From assembly GCA_965204535.1 (NCBI GenBank), contig CBDBEV010000001.1, positions 288,001-352,000 on the forward strand: 64,000 nt of DNA, given 5' to 3'. Below the pieces are notes generated by a model. It made no database searches. It was not told where the DNA came from and was given only the letters and a program-made list of their open reading frames with translations. Positions 29,759 to 39,918 of the stretch are shown in pieces. Numbering within the stretch: the first letter of the stretch is position 1; each line of letters starts with the position of its first letter. The translations under genes were made by a program, and so were the position numbers. This DNA comes from a bacterium (lineage in GTDB: Bacteria; UBA8248).

Positions 29759-31540
29759 GAGACTGTGAAAGTATTCCCACGATTCTGGTGGGTGACGCTG
29801 GCGAGCGATGCCCGGGTTGTCTGTACATGCTATCTTTACCGGTGAGTGAGATAACCACATAAAGGGTCACCACCATGTCCGAGAGACGTTATCAGGAGGT
29901 GCAGTCCCGAAGCCAGATGATGCTGCTTCCGCCGTGTCTGGACGACTACGTGTCCGAGCACAATGCGGTGCGCGCGATCGATGCGTTCGTCGGCACGCTG
30001 GACCTGGAGGCGCTGGGGTTCGCGCATGCCGAAGCGAACTGCGGCGCCGGTCAGCCGGCTTTCGACCCGGCGCTGCTGCTGAAGCTGTATCTGTACGGCT
30101 ACCAGCACCGGGTACGGAGTTCGCGCCGTCTCGAAGCGGAGACGCGGCGCAATCTGGAAGTGATCTGGCTGTGCCAGGGTGCGACGCCGAGCTACAAGAC
30201 GATTGCGGATTTTCGCAAGAACAATGTGGCTGCGCTGCAGGAGGCCAACCGGGAGTTCGTGCTGCTGTGCCGCGAACTCTCGCTGCTGGGCGGCAGCCGG
30301 GTGGCGGTCGACGGGACTTTTTTGAAGGCCGATGCGAACCTGGACAGCTTCCAAACCAAGCGGTCCCTGGCAAGGGACCTGAGGCGTTTGGAGAAGAGGA
30401 TTGCGGCGTATCACCGGCAGTTGGACGAGGCGGATGCGCGCGGGGAGGAGTGTGGGGACGGTTCGGAGGATCCGGACCTGCCGGTGAAGCTCAAGGCCTT
30501 GATCGAGAGGCAACAAAAGAAGAAGGCACTGCAAGAGCATTTGCAGGAAAGCGGAGAGCGTCAGGTATCGGGGGTCGATGCAGATGCTCGACTTCTGAGG
30601 AACGGCGATATAATGGTGGGCGGATACAACTGCCAGATCGCGGTGGACGACAAGCACAAGCTGATTGTCGCGGAGGATGTGGTGCAGGACGGCAATGACT
30701 CCGCTCAGTTGGAGCCGATGATGACGAAAGCCGGCGAAGCCATGGGCAGCGAACGCCTGGTCGGCCTGGCGGATTCGGGCTACTTCAACGGCGCACAGTT
30801 GAAGAGTTGCGAAGACAAGGGAATGGAGGTGTATGTTCCGATACCGAACCAGACGGCCCGCAAGGGCAAGGACGGACGATTCGGCAGCGATGAATTCCGT
30901 TACGATGCGCAGGATGACACGTATGTCTGTCCGGCCGGAGAGCGTCTGGTTCGAGGCGGCACGACCACCGTCAGGGGCAGGCTGTATTACTTTTATCGCG
31001 GGACGGCGGCGGTTTGCCGGGACTGTTCGTTGTCGGGCCGATGCCTGACAAAGTCGAGATCGACGCGCAGGATACAACGCTGGGAGCATGAGGACGTGGT
31101 GGACCGGCATCGCAAGAAGATGAACGCCCGTGTGCCATTGATGCGCGGGCGAAGCACACTCGTCGAACATCCATTCGGTACGATCAAGCGCTGGGCGGGG
31201 ATGGATCATTTTGTGATGCGCGGACTCGGCAAATGCCGCGGCGAATTCAGCCTGATGACGCTGGGTTACAACTTCAAGCGGGTCATGCGTGTGCTGGGCG
31301 GAGCTGCATTTGTGGAGCATTGTCTGCAAAAACAGCGGTTGGGGACGAATGGCGTGTGAACTTGAAGCCGATTCTTCGAGGACTTGACCGCGACCCCGAG
31401 CTGACCGGCCGCCGAGACGTTTCTCTCCCGGCTCTGCGGTGTTGTTGCTCCCGAAGTTGAAGACAGTGTCCGGCCATCGGGCTGCAAGCGTAAGCGAGCC
31501 CTGTTCCGGAGACTGTGAAATCCAATACTCTCACAGTCTC
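29759..31540 (+). mobile_element. IS1182-family insertion sequence
   Basis: Terminal IRs GAGACTGTGAAAGTATT / AATACTCTCACAGTCTC (16/17); CACTGTCG duplicated at 29751-29758 and 31541-31548. Confidence 0.92.
29875..31359 (+). CDS. IS1182-family DDE transposase
   Basis: LYLYGY..VRSSRRLE, PSYKTIADFR, VDGT..KA, GYN.Q.AVD, ADSGY, Y.CPAG, VEHPFGTIK. Confidence 0.95.
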   Translation: MSERRYQEVQSRSQMMLLPPCLDDYVSEHNAVRAIDAFVGTLDLEALGFAHAEANCGAGQPAFDPALLLKLYLYGYQHRVRSSRRLEAETRRNLEVIWLCQGATPSYKTIADFRKNNVAALQEANREFVLLCRELSLLGGSRVAVDGTFLKADANLDSFQTKRSLARDLRRLEKRIAAYHRQLDEADARGEECGDGSEDPDLPVKLKALIERQQKKKALQEHLQESGERQVSGVDADARLLRNGDIMVGGYNCQIAVDDKHKLIVAEDVVQDGNDSAQLEPMMTKAGEAMGSERLVGLADSGYFNGAQLKSCEDKGMEVYVPIPNQTARKGKDGRFGSDEFRYDAQDDTYVCPAGERLVRGGTTTVRGRLYYFYRGTAAVCRDCSLSGRCLTKSRSTRRIQRWEHEDVVDRHRKKMNARVPLMRGRSTLVEHPFGTIKRWAGMDHFVMRGLGKCRGEFSLMTLGYNFKRVMRVLGGAAFVEHCLQKQRLGTNGV

Positions 31541-31541
31541 C

Positions 31542-33290
31542 ACTGTCGGCGAAGCGGCCCGGGCGACGGACGGGGGAAAACGGTCGTATTACGAGATCGC
31601 GGCCGACGGCGAAACGCGGGAGCGCGGCGGCGCCGGCCGAATCGAGTTCGACGCGGCGATACCGGTCCAGCCCGGGAGCCGGCGCGGCAGCGCACTGTTC
31701 CTCCAGCCCGGTGCGGTGCTCTCGCAAGGGCCGGACGGGCGCGCCCTCCACGGCGCCTCGCTCGGGATCGTATTCCGGTTCGAGGCCGGCGACGGCATCG
31801 TCGGGCTGAACGCGTTCCACGACCTGAACCGGATCTCCGGCTCCGGCCGCGACAGGACGCACCGGCAGGCGAGTCTCGGCGCGGACTACCAGATCGGAAG
31901 AAGCCGGATCGGGGCCAACTACTACATTCCCCTTACCGGACGGCGCGGGTGGGAGTCCGGCCAGGCGCGGCTGACCGAATACGCCGTGGGCGGCCCCGAA
32001 CTGCGCTACCGCCTGGCCCTCGACGACCGCTGGACGCTGAGTGGAAGGGCATTCCGCGAGACCGGCCGCGGCGGTTGGCGAGGCGAGGGCTCCGGCGCCG
32101 GGAACGGCTGGCGGTTGGCGGTCGGCGCAGGCTACCGGCTCGGCTGCACGCGGCTCGGGCTCGACATCGACCATGACACCCGCCGCGGCGAGACCGCGGC
32201 GCGTCTCGGCCTGACCTTCCGCCTCGGGGCGACGGCCGGGCGTTGCGCCGGGGAGGGGAAGCCCGACCTCCTCGCCCTCGTCGAGCGCGAGAAGATCGTC
32301 GCGGTACGGCAGGCCGCCGTCCCGAGGCTCGTTCCGCTCACCTCGCTTCCCGAGGACGTGACGCGGCTCTACGAGACGGTGACGGGCGGCGACCCCGACG
32401 CGGACACCGTCTGGCTGTTCTCGCAGGGAGGCCCCGTCACCGAGCTGGACGCCGGATCGGACCTGACGGAGTTCCCCGGCCACGAGAAGCGGATCCTCGT
32501 CAACGTGCACCAGGTGCAGACCCTGAACCCCGGGCTGATCGACGACGCGAGGCTCGACAGCGTCGCGCGGGTCCAGGCGGAGATGGACGTGAGCGTCGAG
32601 ATCCTCGACCGGGTGATCCGCCACTTCAAGGCCCGGGGCAAGCGGGTGGTGCTGTTCAGCCACTCCTTCGGCTCGTTCATCGTGCCGCGCTACCTGGCGC
32701 TCAAGGGGCCGGGCGGGGCGGACCGCTACGTGATCATGGCGGGCCGGCTCGACATCGAGCGGAAGATGTACGAGAACCGGCTGAGCAAGCTCCGCGACGC
32801 AAGCACCGTGGCCTACTTCTACGAGGGCGGCACCACGCTCACCCGGTTCGACCAGGCCGCCGGTCTGATCGATCCGGACCCGGCCGCGCCGCCCGCGGAC
32901 AGTGTGCTGCCGCGGGCGGTCCGGATGCAGGCGGCGTTCCAGGGGGCGCTCGGGAAACACCGCTACACCCGCCTCCTCGCGGGAACGGACCTCTCGAAGG
33001 TGATCTACGCCTACGGCACGATGGATCAGGCGGTCGGCCGGCTGACCGGCGAGGAGGTCGCTTTCCTCGAATCCAGAGGCGCGGAGGTCCTCGCCGTGGA
33101 GGGCGGACACGGATCCATGTTCGCCGAGCCCGCCGCCGCCCGGATCGTGGAGTTACTGGAGGATTCGGGGCGAGGGCCGGCCCTGTTCGAAGGGCGCGGA
33201 GAAGCGTGCTCCCGCCCATGCCGGCGTGCCGCCCCGGAGCGGACCGCGGTCCGTGCCCGGGTTCCCCAAAAGACCCCGAGTGTTCGATGA
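31542..33290 (+). pseudogene. Inverse autotransporter (intimin/invasin-like) beta-barrel plus alpha/beta hydrolase; 5' end separated by IS1182
   Basis: G.NAF.D, HRQASLG.DY, ANYYIPLTG, LVER...V barrel motifs; then QGGP, SHSFG, YG..D, GGH. Confidence 0.72.
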
Positions 33291-33920
33291 ATCGAAAGCA
33301 GGCATGCTCGCCCGGCCAGTTGCGCGGCAGCACCCCGGTCCCCCGGCTGGTCGCGAAGCGTCCCGAGCCCGACCGTATCGGCCGGCTTGTTGGTCGTCAC
33401 CGCGCGCAGATACGCCAGAACCTCATCGGCGGGCGCGCCGCCGCGCACCGTCCCCGTCGACAGGCTCACGCCTTTGCGCGCGCCCGCACTTGCGAATCCG
33501 CCGGCCGGAGGCGGAGGCTGGGCGCCCATGTTCGTGCGGCCGCCGCCTTCGCATCGGCCAGACGCGTGTCGTTGCGGGCCGGACTTTGGAGACGTATAAA
33601 ATAAATCGGACACGGGTAAACGTTGTCATCTCGCCATAGTGTGATGTTCCCGGAAGGGCGCGCCTCCACCACTGACCGCTGCGTCCATCTCGACGACGCG
33701 ATGCAGAGAGACGCAGCGGAGCGGGCGACAGGGGCCGTCAAACGCAAGCTGTCCGGTGCTGATTCCGAGGGATGCGCGAAGCAATCGCGAGTGCCCGCAT
33801 ACCACGACAGGGGTTCCCGATACCGCCGGATGTTTCCTTGCAGCGTTCGCGGCGGGATAGTAAGTTGGCGGCAAGACCTCAGGCGGCTTCTTCACGGCAA
33901 GTGCGAGGAGGGTTTCGGAA

Positions 33921-34931
33921 TTGCATTCCCGGCGGCCAGGCGTTTCTTCGCTCGCTATGGTGGCGGCGCTTGCGTTGGCGCTCTCCGGATGCGGCGGTGG
34001 CGGCACGGTCTCCATGGGCGGCCCCAACGGCGATGACAGCAAGATGTCGCTATCGGGCAAGTGGAAACGCTTCGCAGACGGCAACCCGACGCTTCGCATG
34101 ACAAGCGCACAAGTGTCCACGGCCTGGAGGGCGGCCGCGTGGAAGTCTACCCACAGAGTGATCCTGGGGCCTGTCAGTGTCGGCGCAAACCCCGCATCGG
34201 CCGTCCAGATAGAGACTGACCCATGCTCGCCCGGCGAGTGCGACCTGGAGCCGCCTCCGGACAACACTCGGCAATTCGCTCCAGTGCTGGGCCACAACGA
34301 TGTTCCTGTCGCTGAATACAAGGCCCGCACTACCCGAACCCTGCCGGTGCTCGAAGCCGGGGAGACAGCCCGGACAACCCTCTTGGATTTTCTAACCTAC
34401 GGCGGTTGGCTCGATCACACGGAATTCCGCGTTTCCGTCTCCCGCTGGTGTTCGGTCGGCGCGGCAGGGTGTTCGGGAACGGATCCGGACTACGAAAACG
34501 GAATTGCCTTCGGCTTCATGGCGGGCAGTTACTCCGGAACGACGCCCGCGGGCGTGGGGTCGGCCACATGGACGGGCGTCATGGTCGGGATGGAATCCCC
34601 GGAAGCCGGCTCCGACAGGGCCCTGGCTTTGTTACGGAACGGGCCGGATGTGTTTCTCGGCGACGCGCGGATCACGATAGACGATCTCGCGGCTCCCGAT
34701 GTCGATGTTTCATTCACCAATATCCATAACGTCACCGAGGGAGTCCCTCATGATGACATGAGTTGGGAGAACCTTCGCATACAGGACGACGGCTTGTTCG
34801 GCGGACTTGCTGGAGAGAGAGACGGGAACGAGTACATCGCCGGGATGTTCACCGGCCCCAGGCATCAGGAAGTGGGTGGCGAATTCCGGAGGAACGGTAT
34901 CGTGGGGGCCTTCGGCGCGAAACGCCAGTAG
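33921..34931 (+). CDS. Lipoprotein with TbpB-like C-terminal beta-barrel
   Basis: Lipobox LSGC + GGGG; GSATWTG.M.G; GMFTGP.HQEVGG.F...GAFGAKRQ. Confidence 0.75.
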   Translation: MHSRRPGVSSLAMVAALALALSGCGGGGTVSMGGPNGDDSKMSLSGKWKRFADGNPTLRMTSAQVSTAWRAAAWKSTHRVILGPVSVGANPASAVQIETDPCSPGECDLEPPPDNTRQFAPVLGHNDVPVAEYKARTTRTLPVLEAGETARTTLLDFLTYGGWLDHTEFRVSVSRWCSVGAAGCSGTDPDYENGIAFGFMAGSYSGTTPAGVGSATWTGVMVGMESPEAGSDRALALLRNGPDVFLGDARITIDDLAAPDVDVSFTNIHNVTEGVPHDDMSWENLRIQDDGLFGGLAGERDGNEYIAGMFTGPRHQEVGGEFRRNGIVGAFGAKRQ

Positions 34932-35023
34932 CCCGGGCACCGAACGCTTCGGAAAAGGGAATTATACTTAGGGAATTATATACCAAAGTTGCGGAATAAT
35001 TAGTGGTGCGGAGTATTTGAAAA

Positions 35024-35052
35024 TGGTACCCAAGGCGGGACTCGAACCCGCG
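35024..35052 (-). mobile_element. att site: isolated tRNA 3' end (Leu-like)
   Basis: Reverse strand CGCGGGTTCGAGTCCCGCCTTGGGTACCA = T-arm, acceptor 3' strand and ACCA, with no 5' half. Confidence 0.8.
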
Positions 35053-35372
35053 TCGCCCAACCTGTCCGCGCCCCATGACGGCGTCCGGCTCACGCCCTTG
35101 CGCAGCCTACCACGGCAATGACACTCTTCCGAACGGGGCGCAGCCTCATCGCTGCGCTTTCGTCTTGCGCCGTCGCCGCTGGCTGCGCCGGGACCACCAG
35201 TGCCGCCGTCACCGCGCTCTTCCCGTCGAACGCGTCGTCAGCGGCGGACCTCTGGTCCAGTATTCCAGGCGGACATCGATGAAGTATAATCGGAAGAGGA
35301 AGCTGGGGCGAACGTACAAAACGCATCAAGTCGCTGTTTCGGTGCCGCAGCCCGCAAGAGGAACCGGGCGGT

Positions 35373-35669
35373 ATGAAGAGCCGAATTTTTTGGATTTGGT
35401 TTGCTGTCGGCGCTATTCTTTTCTGGATTGCGTTTCCGGTAGGCGCAATTCTCGCCGCGCTGAATGCGCGTTTCCTTTTGGGTTTCGTTCAGTTTGCGCT
35501 GGAAATCTTTTCCACTCCCGGCGTCATCGTTTCCCTTCCGATTCTGAACCTCGTCGCAAGTCCGTGGTGGGCGGTCGGCGTCATCGGCATACTGAACGGC
35601 GCCGCCTACGGGTTTTCCGCGTGGCTGATTACGCGCCGGATGCGCAAACGTCGTTCCGCCCACAGGTAG
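35373..35669 (+). CDS. Small membrane protein
   Basis: 98 aa, about three hydrophobic segments, basic C-terminal tail. Confidence 0.6.
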   Translation: MKSRIFWIWFAVGAILFWIAFPVGAILAALNARFLLGFVQFALEIFSTPGVIVSLPILNLVASPWWAVGVIGILNGAAYGFSAWLITRRMRKRRSAHR

Positions 35670-35887
35670 CCCACCTCCGGGTCGGCACTGCGATGCGGGC
35701 GGTGGCTGCAAATGGCCCCCGTAAACAGGAACAACCAAATGAAGACAATGATTTCTTGACCCTCACGCCGCGCCGGGTTTCCCGATCAACGGCGCGTGCG
35801 TGTCTTTCCCGTACACCATCTTCTCTACGACGATGAACAGGCCGCCGGTTTTCTTCTCCTGCAGCGCGCCGTGCGTATGTGGACGAC

Positions 35888-35990
35888 CCAGCGTCCGCAG
35901 CGATGTTCTTGTGGGGATTGACGAATGGCTTAACGCGGGCCGGCGGCACGAGTTTCACCTCATGGCCGAACCTGCGCATTGCGCCCCGGC
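35888..35990 (-). mobile_element. IS110-family transposase remnant
   Basis: FGHEVKLVPPARVKPFVNPHKNIAADA resembles IS110 GH.V.LIPP..VKPF....KND..DA. Confidence 0.65.
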
Positions 35991-36235
35991 ATGACCGGCG
36001 GTCGCTGGCGGCCTGCGACCTGCATCCCGGCCAGGGAAGCCCCGGCGCTCGCCAGACTCCATGCGCTGCCAAGCCCAGATAGGCTCCACAACCGGTTTCC
36101 CCGGGAACTGCACCACGCCCCTGCCCTCCTGATCCGTCTTGCCGTAGCGGATTCACATCCTGTGCGTCACAGGCTGCGACTTCGGACACCCGGAACAGAG
36201 CGGGGCTGCCCGCCCTGGCCCGAAGCGCAGGGCTC

Positions 36236-38695
36236 TTAGGGGTTTTCGGGTGCGGCCATGCGGTAGCCGACCCCGCGCTCGGTCAGGATCCAGGTGGGCC
36301 GGGCCGCGTCATCGCCGAGCTTCCGGCGGAGCTGCTTCACGAATGTGCGCACCAGCTTTGGGTCGTCCGGGTCGTGTATGCCCCATATCTGGCGCAGCAA
36401 CGAATCGTAGGTCAACACCCGCCCCGCGCGGAGTGAGAGCAGGCGCAACAGTTCGTATTCGGTCGCCGTCAGTTCCAACCGGCGCCCAGCCATGGTCACC
36501 CGGCGCAGATCGTAGTGGATGGCCAGCTCCCCCATGAGGAAGGGTTCGGGCTCGACCCTGTGGCGCAGGGCTGCCCCGACCCTCGCCGTCAGCTCGGTCC
36601 CCGAGAAGGGCTTGACGATATAGTCGGCGGCTCCGCTCTTCAGGGCCTTGGCGATGGTCTCGTCCCGTCCGTAGCCCGAGATGAAGATCACCGGCAGGTC
36701 GGCGAGTTCCGGGACGCTTTCCATCAGTTCGATCCCGTCGACCCCTGGCAGCACCAGGTCCAGCAGTACCAGTTGGGGATTCTCGGCCCGGATGAGCCGG
36801 GAGAGCTCCCCCGCCTCGCCCGTGACGAGCGGGGCGTAACCCGCCTCCGTAAGCGTGTTGCGAACGAAACGCAGCGTCTGCGGGTCGTCGTCCACCACGA
36901 GAATGCGCGTCGGCTCACGCGCTTCCTGGGGCGGCCGCTCGTCAGCGCCCTCGCCCGCCTCCCCTGCCGTCGCGATGGTGAAGGTGAAGCAGGTTCCCTG
37001 GCCCGGACCGCCGCTCTCCGCCCGGATGCGGCCCCCGTGGGCCTCGACCAGACCCTTGCAGATGGCAAGGCCCAAGCCGCTCCGGCCAAACCCGCCTGCC
37101 TCGTCTGCGTTGGCGATGCCGGTGTGCTTCTCGAACAGGCGGGGCAGCAGTTCGGGCGCCACGCCCCGGCCTTCGTCGGAGACCGAGACCGCGACGTACT
37201 CTTCCTTGTGTTCCGCGGCGATCCGAATCGGGGAGGATTCCGTAGAATGCCTCGCCGCGTTGGACAAGAGGTTGTTCAGAACCTGGACTATGCGCTGGCG
37301 GTCCGCCATCACCCGGGGCAAATCCGGCGGAAGGTCGATGAGGAGGGGGTGCCGGCCGCCGCTGCTCAGGAACGTGTTTCTTGCCTGGTCCACCAGCGCC
37401 GCCACCTCCGAGGACTCGGGCGCGACCGACAACGTGCCCGCGTCGATGCGCCCCGCGTCCAGCAGGTTGCTGATCAGGTCCCGCATGTGGTCGGCCTGCT
37501 CGTTGATGATGCGGAAGAACTGGAGCATTTCTGCCGAATTCGGGAGCGGCGACGCATCCAGCACCGTAGTGGCGGAGCCCTTGATGGAAGTCAGCGGCGC
37601 GCGGAGCTCGTGGCTCACCATGCCCAGGAACTCCGCCCGCAGCCGCTCCAGTTCCTCGATCGGCGTCAGGTCCTGCATGGTTACCACAACCGAGTCGACC
37701 TCGCCGTCGACTGAGCGGATCGGCGTCGCGTTGATCAGCGTCCTCACCCTGCGCCCGTCGGGGACCGAGAGCACGATCTCCTCGGCGCGCACCCTCTCAG
37801 CCTTGCCGAGATGCTCGGCCAGAGGGAACTCGCTCAGCGAAATCTCGTGCCCGTCGGCGCGTCGGCAGGTTATCACCTTGCTCAGCTGCTCCAACGGGTG
37901 GCCCGGAATCCGCAGGTTATCGATCAGGGCTGTCGCCTCGTGGTTGAGCGACCGCGGATTGCCGCTCTTCGCATCGAAGACCACAACGCCCACGGGCGAG
38001 GTCTCGACCAGCGCCTCGAGGTCGGCATGCGCGCGCTGCTCATCGCGGTGCGCACGCGCGTTGACGAGCACGCTCGCCGCCTGCGCCGCGAACAGCAACA
38101 GGACCTCCTCGTCTTCGCCCGTGAACCCGCCCTCCCCCTCCTTGTCACCGAGGAAGAAGTTGCCGACGTTGACGCTCCCGTGGCGGACCGACACGGCCTG
38201 GAACGTATTCGAGGGTATCGGTTCCGCGGAGAATCCCAGCGAGCGGACGTAGGCCGGAAGGTCGTCCAGCCGGATCGCCCCCTTGAGGTTGTGCAAGTGC
38301 TCGAAGAACCTGAAACGATCCGGCCACTCCAGCATCCGGAGTTCCTCTTCCGGCGTGAAGCCGGAGGTGACGAAGTCCTCGGGGCTCCCCGCCTCATCGA
38401 CGACCGTGATCACCCCGTTGCGCGCGCCGGTGAGCGCGCGGGCGTTTTCCAGCACCTCGCGCAGGACGGTGTCCATATCGAGGCTCGCGCTGATGCGCAG
38501 GATCGCCGCGATCAGCCGCGAGGTGCGTTCGCGCAGCACCTCGATCTCCTCCCTCAGCCGTTCGGTTTCTTGCAACCCCTCATCCTCCCCGGAGAGCGGC
38601 GGCGAAATCCGGCTCGATCCCACCTGTCGATGGTCACACCCGGACTGGACCGGGCGGAGCGGGTCTCTGGACTGGGAAAACGCATCCAGCCGCAT
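36236..38695 (-). CDS. Soluble hybrid sensor-regulator: GAF-PAS-HisKA-HATPase-REC-winged helix
   Basis: SHELRAPL H-box, NLLSNAARH, GLGLAIC, ILVVDDD..LLDL..P..DG..DYIVKPF, OmpR-type LTATEYELL..TERGVGY; no TM segment. Confidence 0.9.
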   Translation of the reverse strand: MRLDAFSQSRDPLRPVQSGCDHRQVGSSRISPPLSGEDEGLQETERLREEIEVLRERTSRLIAAILRISASLDMDTVLREVLENARALTGARNGVITVVDEAGSPEDFVTSGFTPEEELRMLEWPDRFRFFEHLHNLKGAIRLDDLPAYVRSLGFSAEPIPSNTFQAVSVRHGSVNVGNFFLGDKEGEGGFTGEDEEVLLLFAAQAASVLVNARAHRDEQRAHADLEALVETSPVGVVVFDAKSGNPRSLNHEATALIDNLRIPGHPLEQLSKVITCRRADGHEISLSEFPLAEHLGKAERVRAEEIVLSVPDGRRVRTLINATPIRSVDGEVDSVVVTMQDLTPIEELERLRAEFLGMVSHELRAPLTSIKGSATTVLDASPLPNSAEMLQFFRIINEQADHMRDLISNLLDAGRIDAGTLSVAPESSEVAALVDQARNTFLSSGGRHPLLIDLPPDLPRVMADRQRIVQVLNNLLSNAARHSTESSPIRIAAEHKEEYVAVSVSDEGRGVAPELLPRLFEKHTGIANADEAGGFGRSGLGLAICKGLVEAHGGRIRAESGGPGQGTCFTFTIATAGEAGEGADERPPQEAREPTRILVVDDDPQTLRFVRNTLTEAGYAPLVTGEAGELSRLIRAENPQLVLLDLVLPGVDGIELMESVPELADLPVIFISGYGRDETIAKALKSGAADYIVKPFSGTELTARVGAALRHRVEPEPFLMGELAIHYDLRRVTMAGRRLELTATEYELLRLLSLRAGRVLTYDSLLRQIWGIHDPDDPKLVRTFVKQLRRKLGDDAARPTWILTERGVGYRMAAPENP

Positions 38696-38899
38696 TTTCT
38701 CATGAAAATAACACGACTGAAGCCCAAAACCTCACATTAAATACATATCATACTTATATAATTCTATGCAAGTGTAGGCAGATATATCGGGTGGTTATGG
38801 TGTCTGGGGGATGCTTTCCTTCCGAATTAAAGAAGTAAAAGCCGTAACTACGAAAGAAATTTCGTTCACCTGAACGCCTAATAATGAAGGGGTTATCAC

Positions 38900-39229
38900 A
38901 TGAAAAGTCTAATCATGACAGTGGTTCTGGCAACGGCGCTGGCAGGGTCTTTTGCCGTGGCGAATGCCGGGGGAGACAAACCGCCGGAGTCTAACAGATG
39001 TGAGTTCTACTTTAATGAGAACATTCCGCCCGCCCCCGCCCGGAAGAGTTGCCACGGTCTCATTTTCACCGAGCCTGGAAACAACCAGTATCGTGTGAGC
39101 GGTAACTGTAATCTTGATGCAGGTCCCGGGTCCAAGCTCACGACCATCACGGTCACTGACGCGCGCAACTGCGCCGTCCTGGCGAACTGCAATGGGGAGT
39201 TGGTCGTGGGGAGATGCGGCAATCAATGA
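38900..39229 (+). CDS. Small secreted Cys-rich protein, paralog 1
   Basis: Signal peptide ending AVANA-GGDKP; 6 Cys; LANCNGELVVGRC. Confidence 0.85.
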   Translation: MKSLIMTVVLATALAGSFAVANAGGDKPPESNRCEFYFNENIPPAPARKSCHGLIFTEPGNNQYRVSGNCNLDAGPGSKLTTITVTDARNCAVLANCNGELVVGRCGNQ

Positions 39230-39326
39230 CCGTGAACCCCGAGAATCGCTCCGACAACGGCGATTCAACTTGCTCGGTAGTCGCTCAAGTCCGACAGGCT
39301 ACCAACCTAAAAGAAGGAGATGTCAC

Positions 39327-39692
39327 ATGAAAAGTCTAATCATGATAGCGGTTTTGGTAATGACGATTGCAGGGTCTTTTGCCGTGGCGAATGCCGGGTC
39401 AGAAAAACCGGTTGATACCGACCCTACGTTCTTTTGTAGGAACACCTTTCAGAACAGCTCCGCAGCGAGACATACCTGCAAAAGCGTCTCAATCACCAAG
39501 ATCGGAGCCGACTCGTATAGGGTGAGCGGTCGATGTGAAATGGCGCATCGGCCAAACGAGTACAGGGATACGACCATCAATGTTGTTGACTCCCGCCGTT
39601 GCGGCGACCTGACGAACTGCGACGGGACGTTGGTCGTGGGTGCTTGCCTGGACTGTGTCGATAAAAGAACCATGCGAAAGATAGCGTGCTAG
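39327..39692 (+). CDS. Small secreted Cys-rich protein, paralog 2
   Basis: AAGGAG RBS; signal ending AVANA-GSEKP; 8 Cys; LTNCDGTLVVGAC. Confidence 0.87.
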   Translation: MKSLIMIAVLVMTIAGSFAVANAGSEKPVDTDPTFFCRNTFQNSSAARHTCKSVSITKIGADSYRVSGRCEMAHRPNEYRDTTINVVDSRRCGDLTNCDGTLVVGACLDCVDKRTMRKIAC

Positions 39693-39918
39693 ATAAATTG
39701 AGCCGCTCCATGCGAGGTGGGTCCACCATCAACGTCAAGGTCAAGCGTTCAGTTCTTGCCGGATTCGCCGGCGCACCGCGCTCATCCTGCCCGTGAGCGC
39801 GGATGACTTTGAGTAAGCCGAAGGATGCCTCGAGGCTGAAAAACTGCGGCGGCGACCTTGGACTCGGTGCTTGCCGATGGCAAGGCTTCCGCACGCCCCA
39901 GACGAAAGGAGACCAGCA

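Noticed and set aside
29836-31329. 497-aa minus-strand ORF
   Set aside because: Antisense shadow of the IS1182 transposase
33330-33560. Minus-strand protein-like fragment (GTVRGG..EVLAYL..GL.T)
   Set aside because: Possibly a remnant, but too short and unsupported to call
35024-35110. Complete tRNA gene
   Set aside because: No D-arm or anticodon arm; treated as an att remnant
39693-39870. Decayed fifth small-protein paralog
   Set aside because: Only a TINV-like match; no signal peptide or Cys pattern
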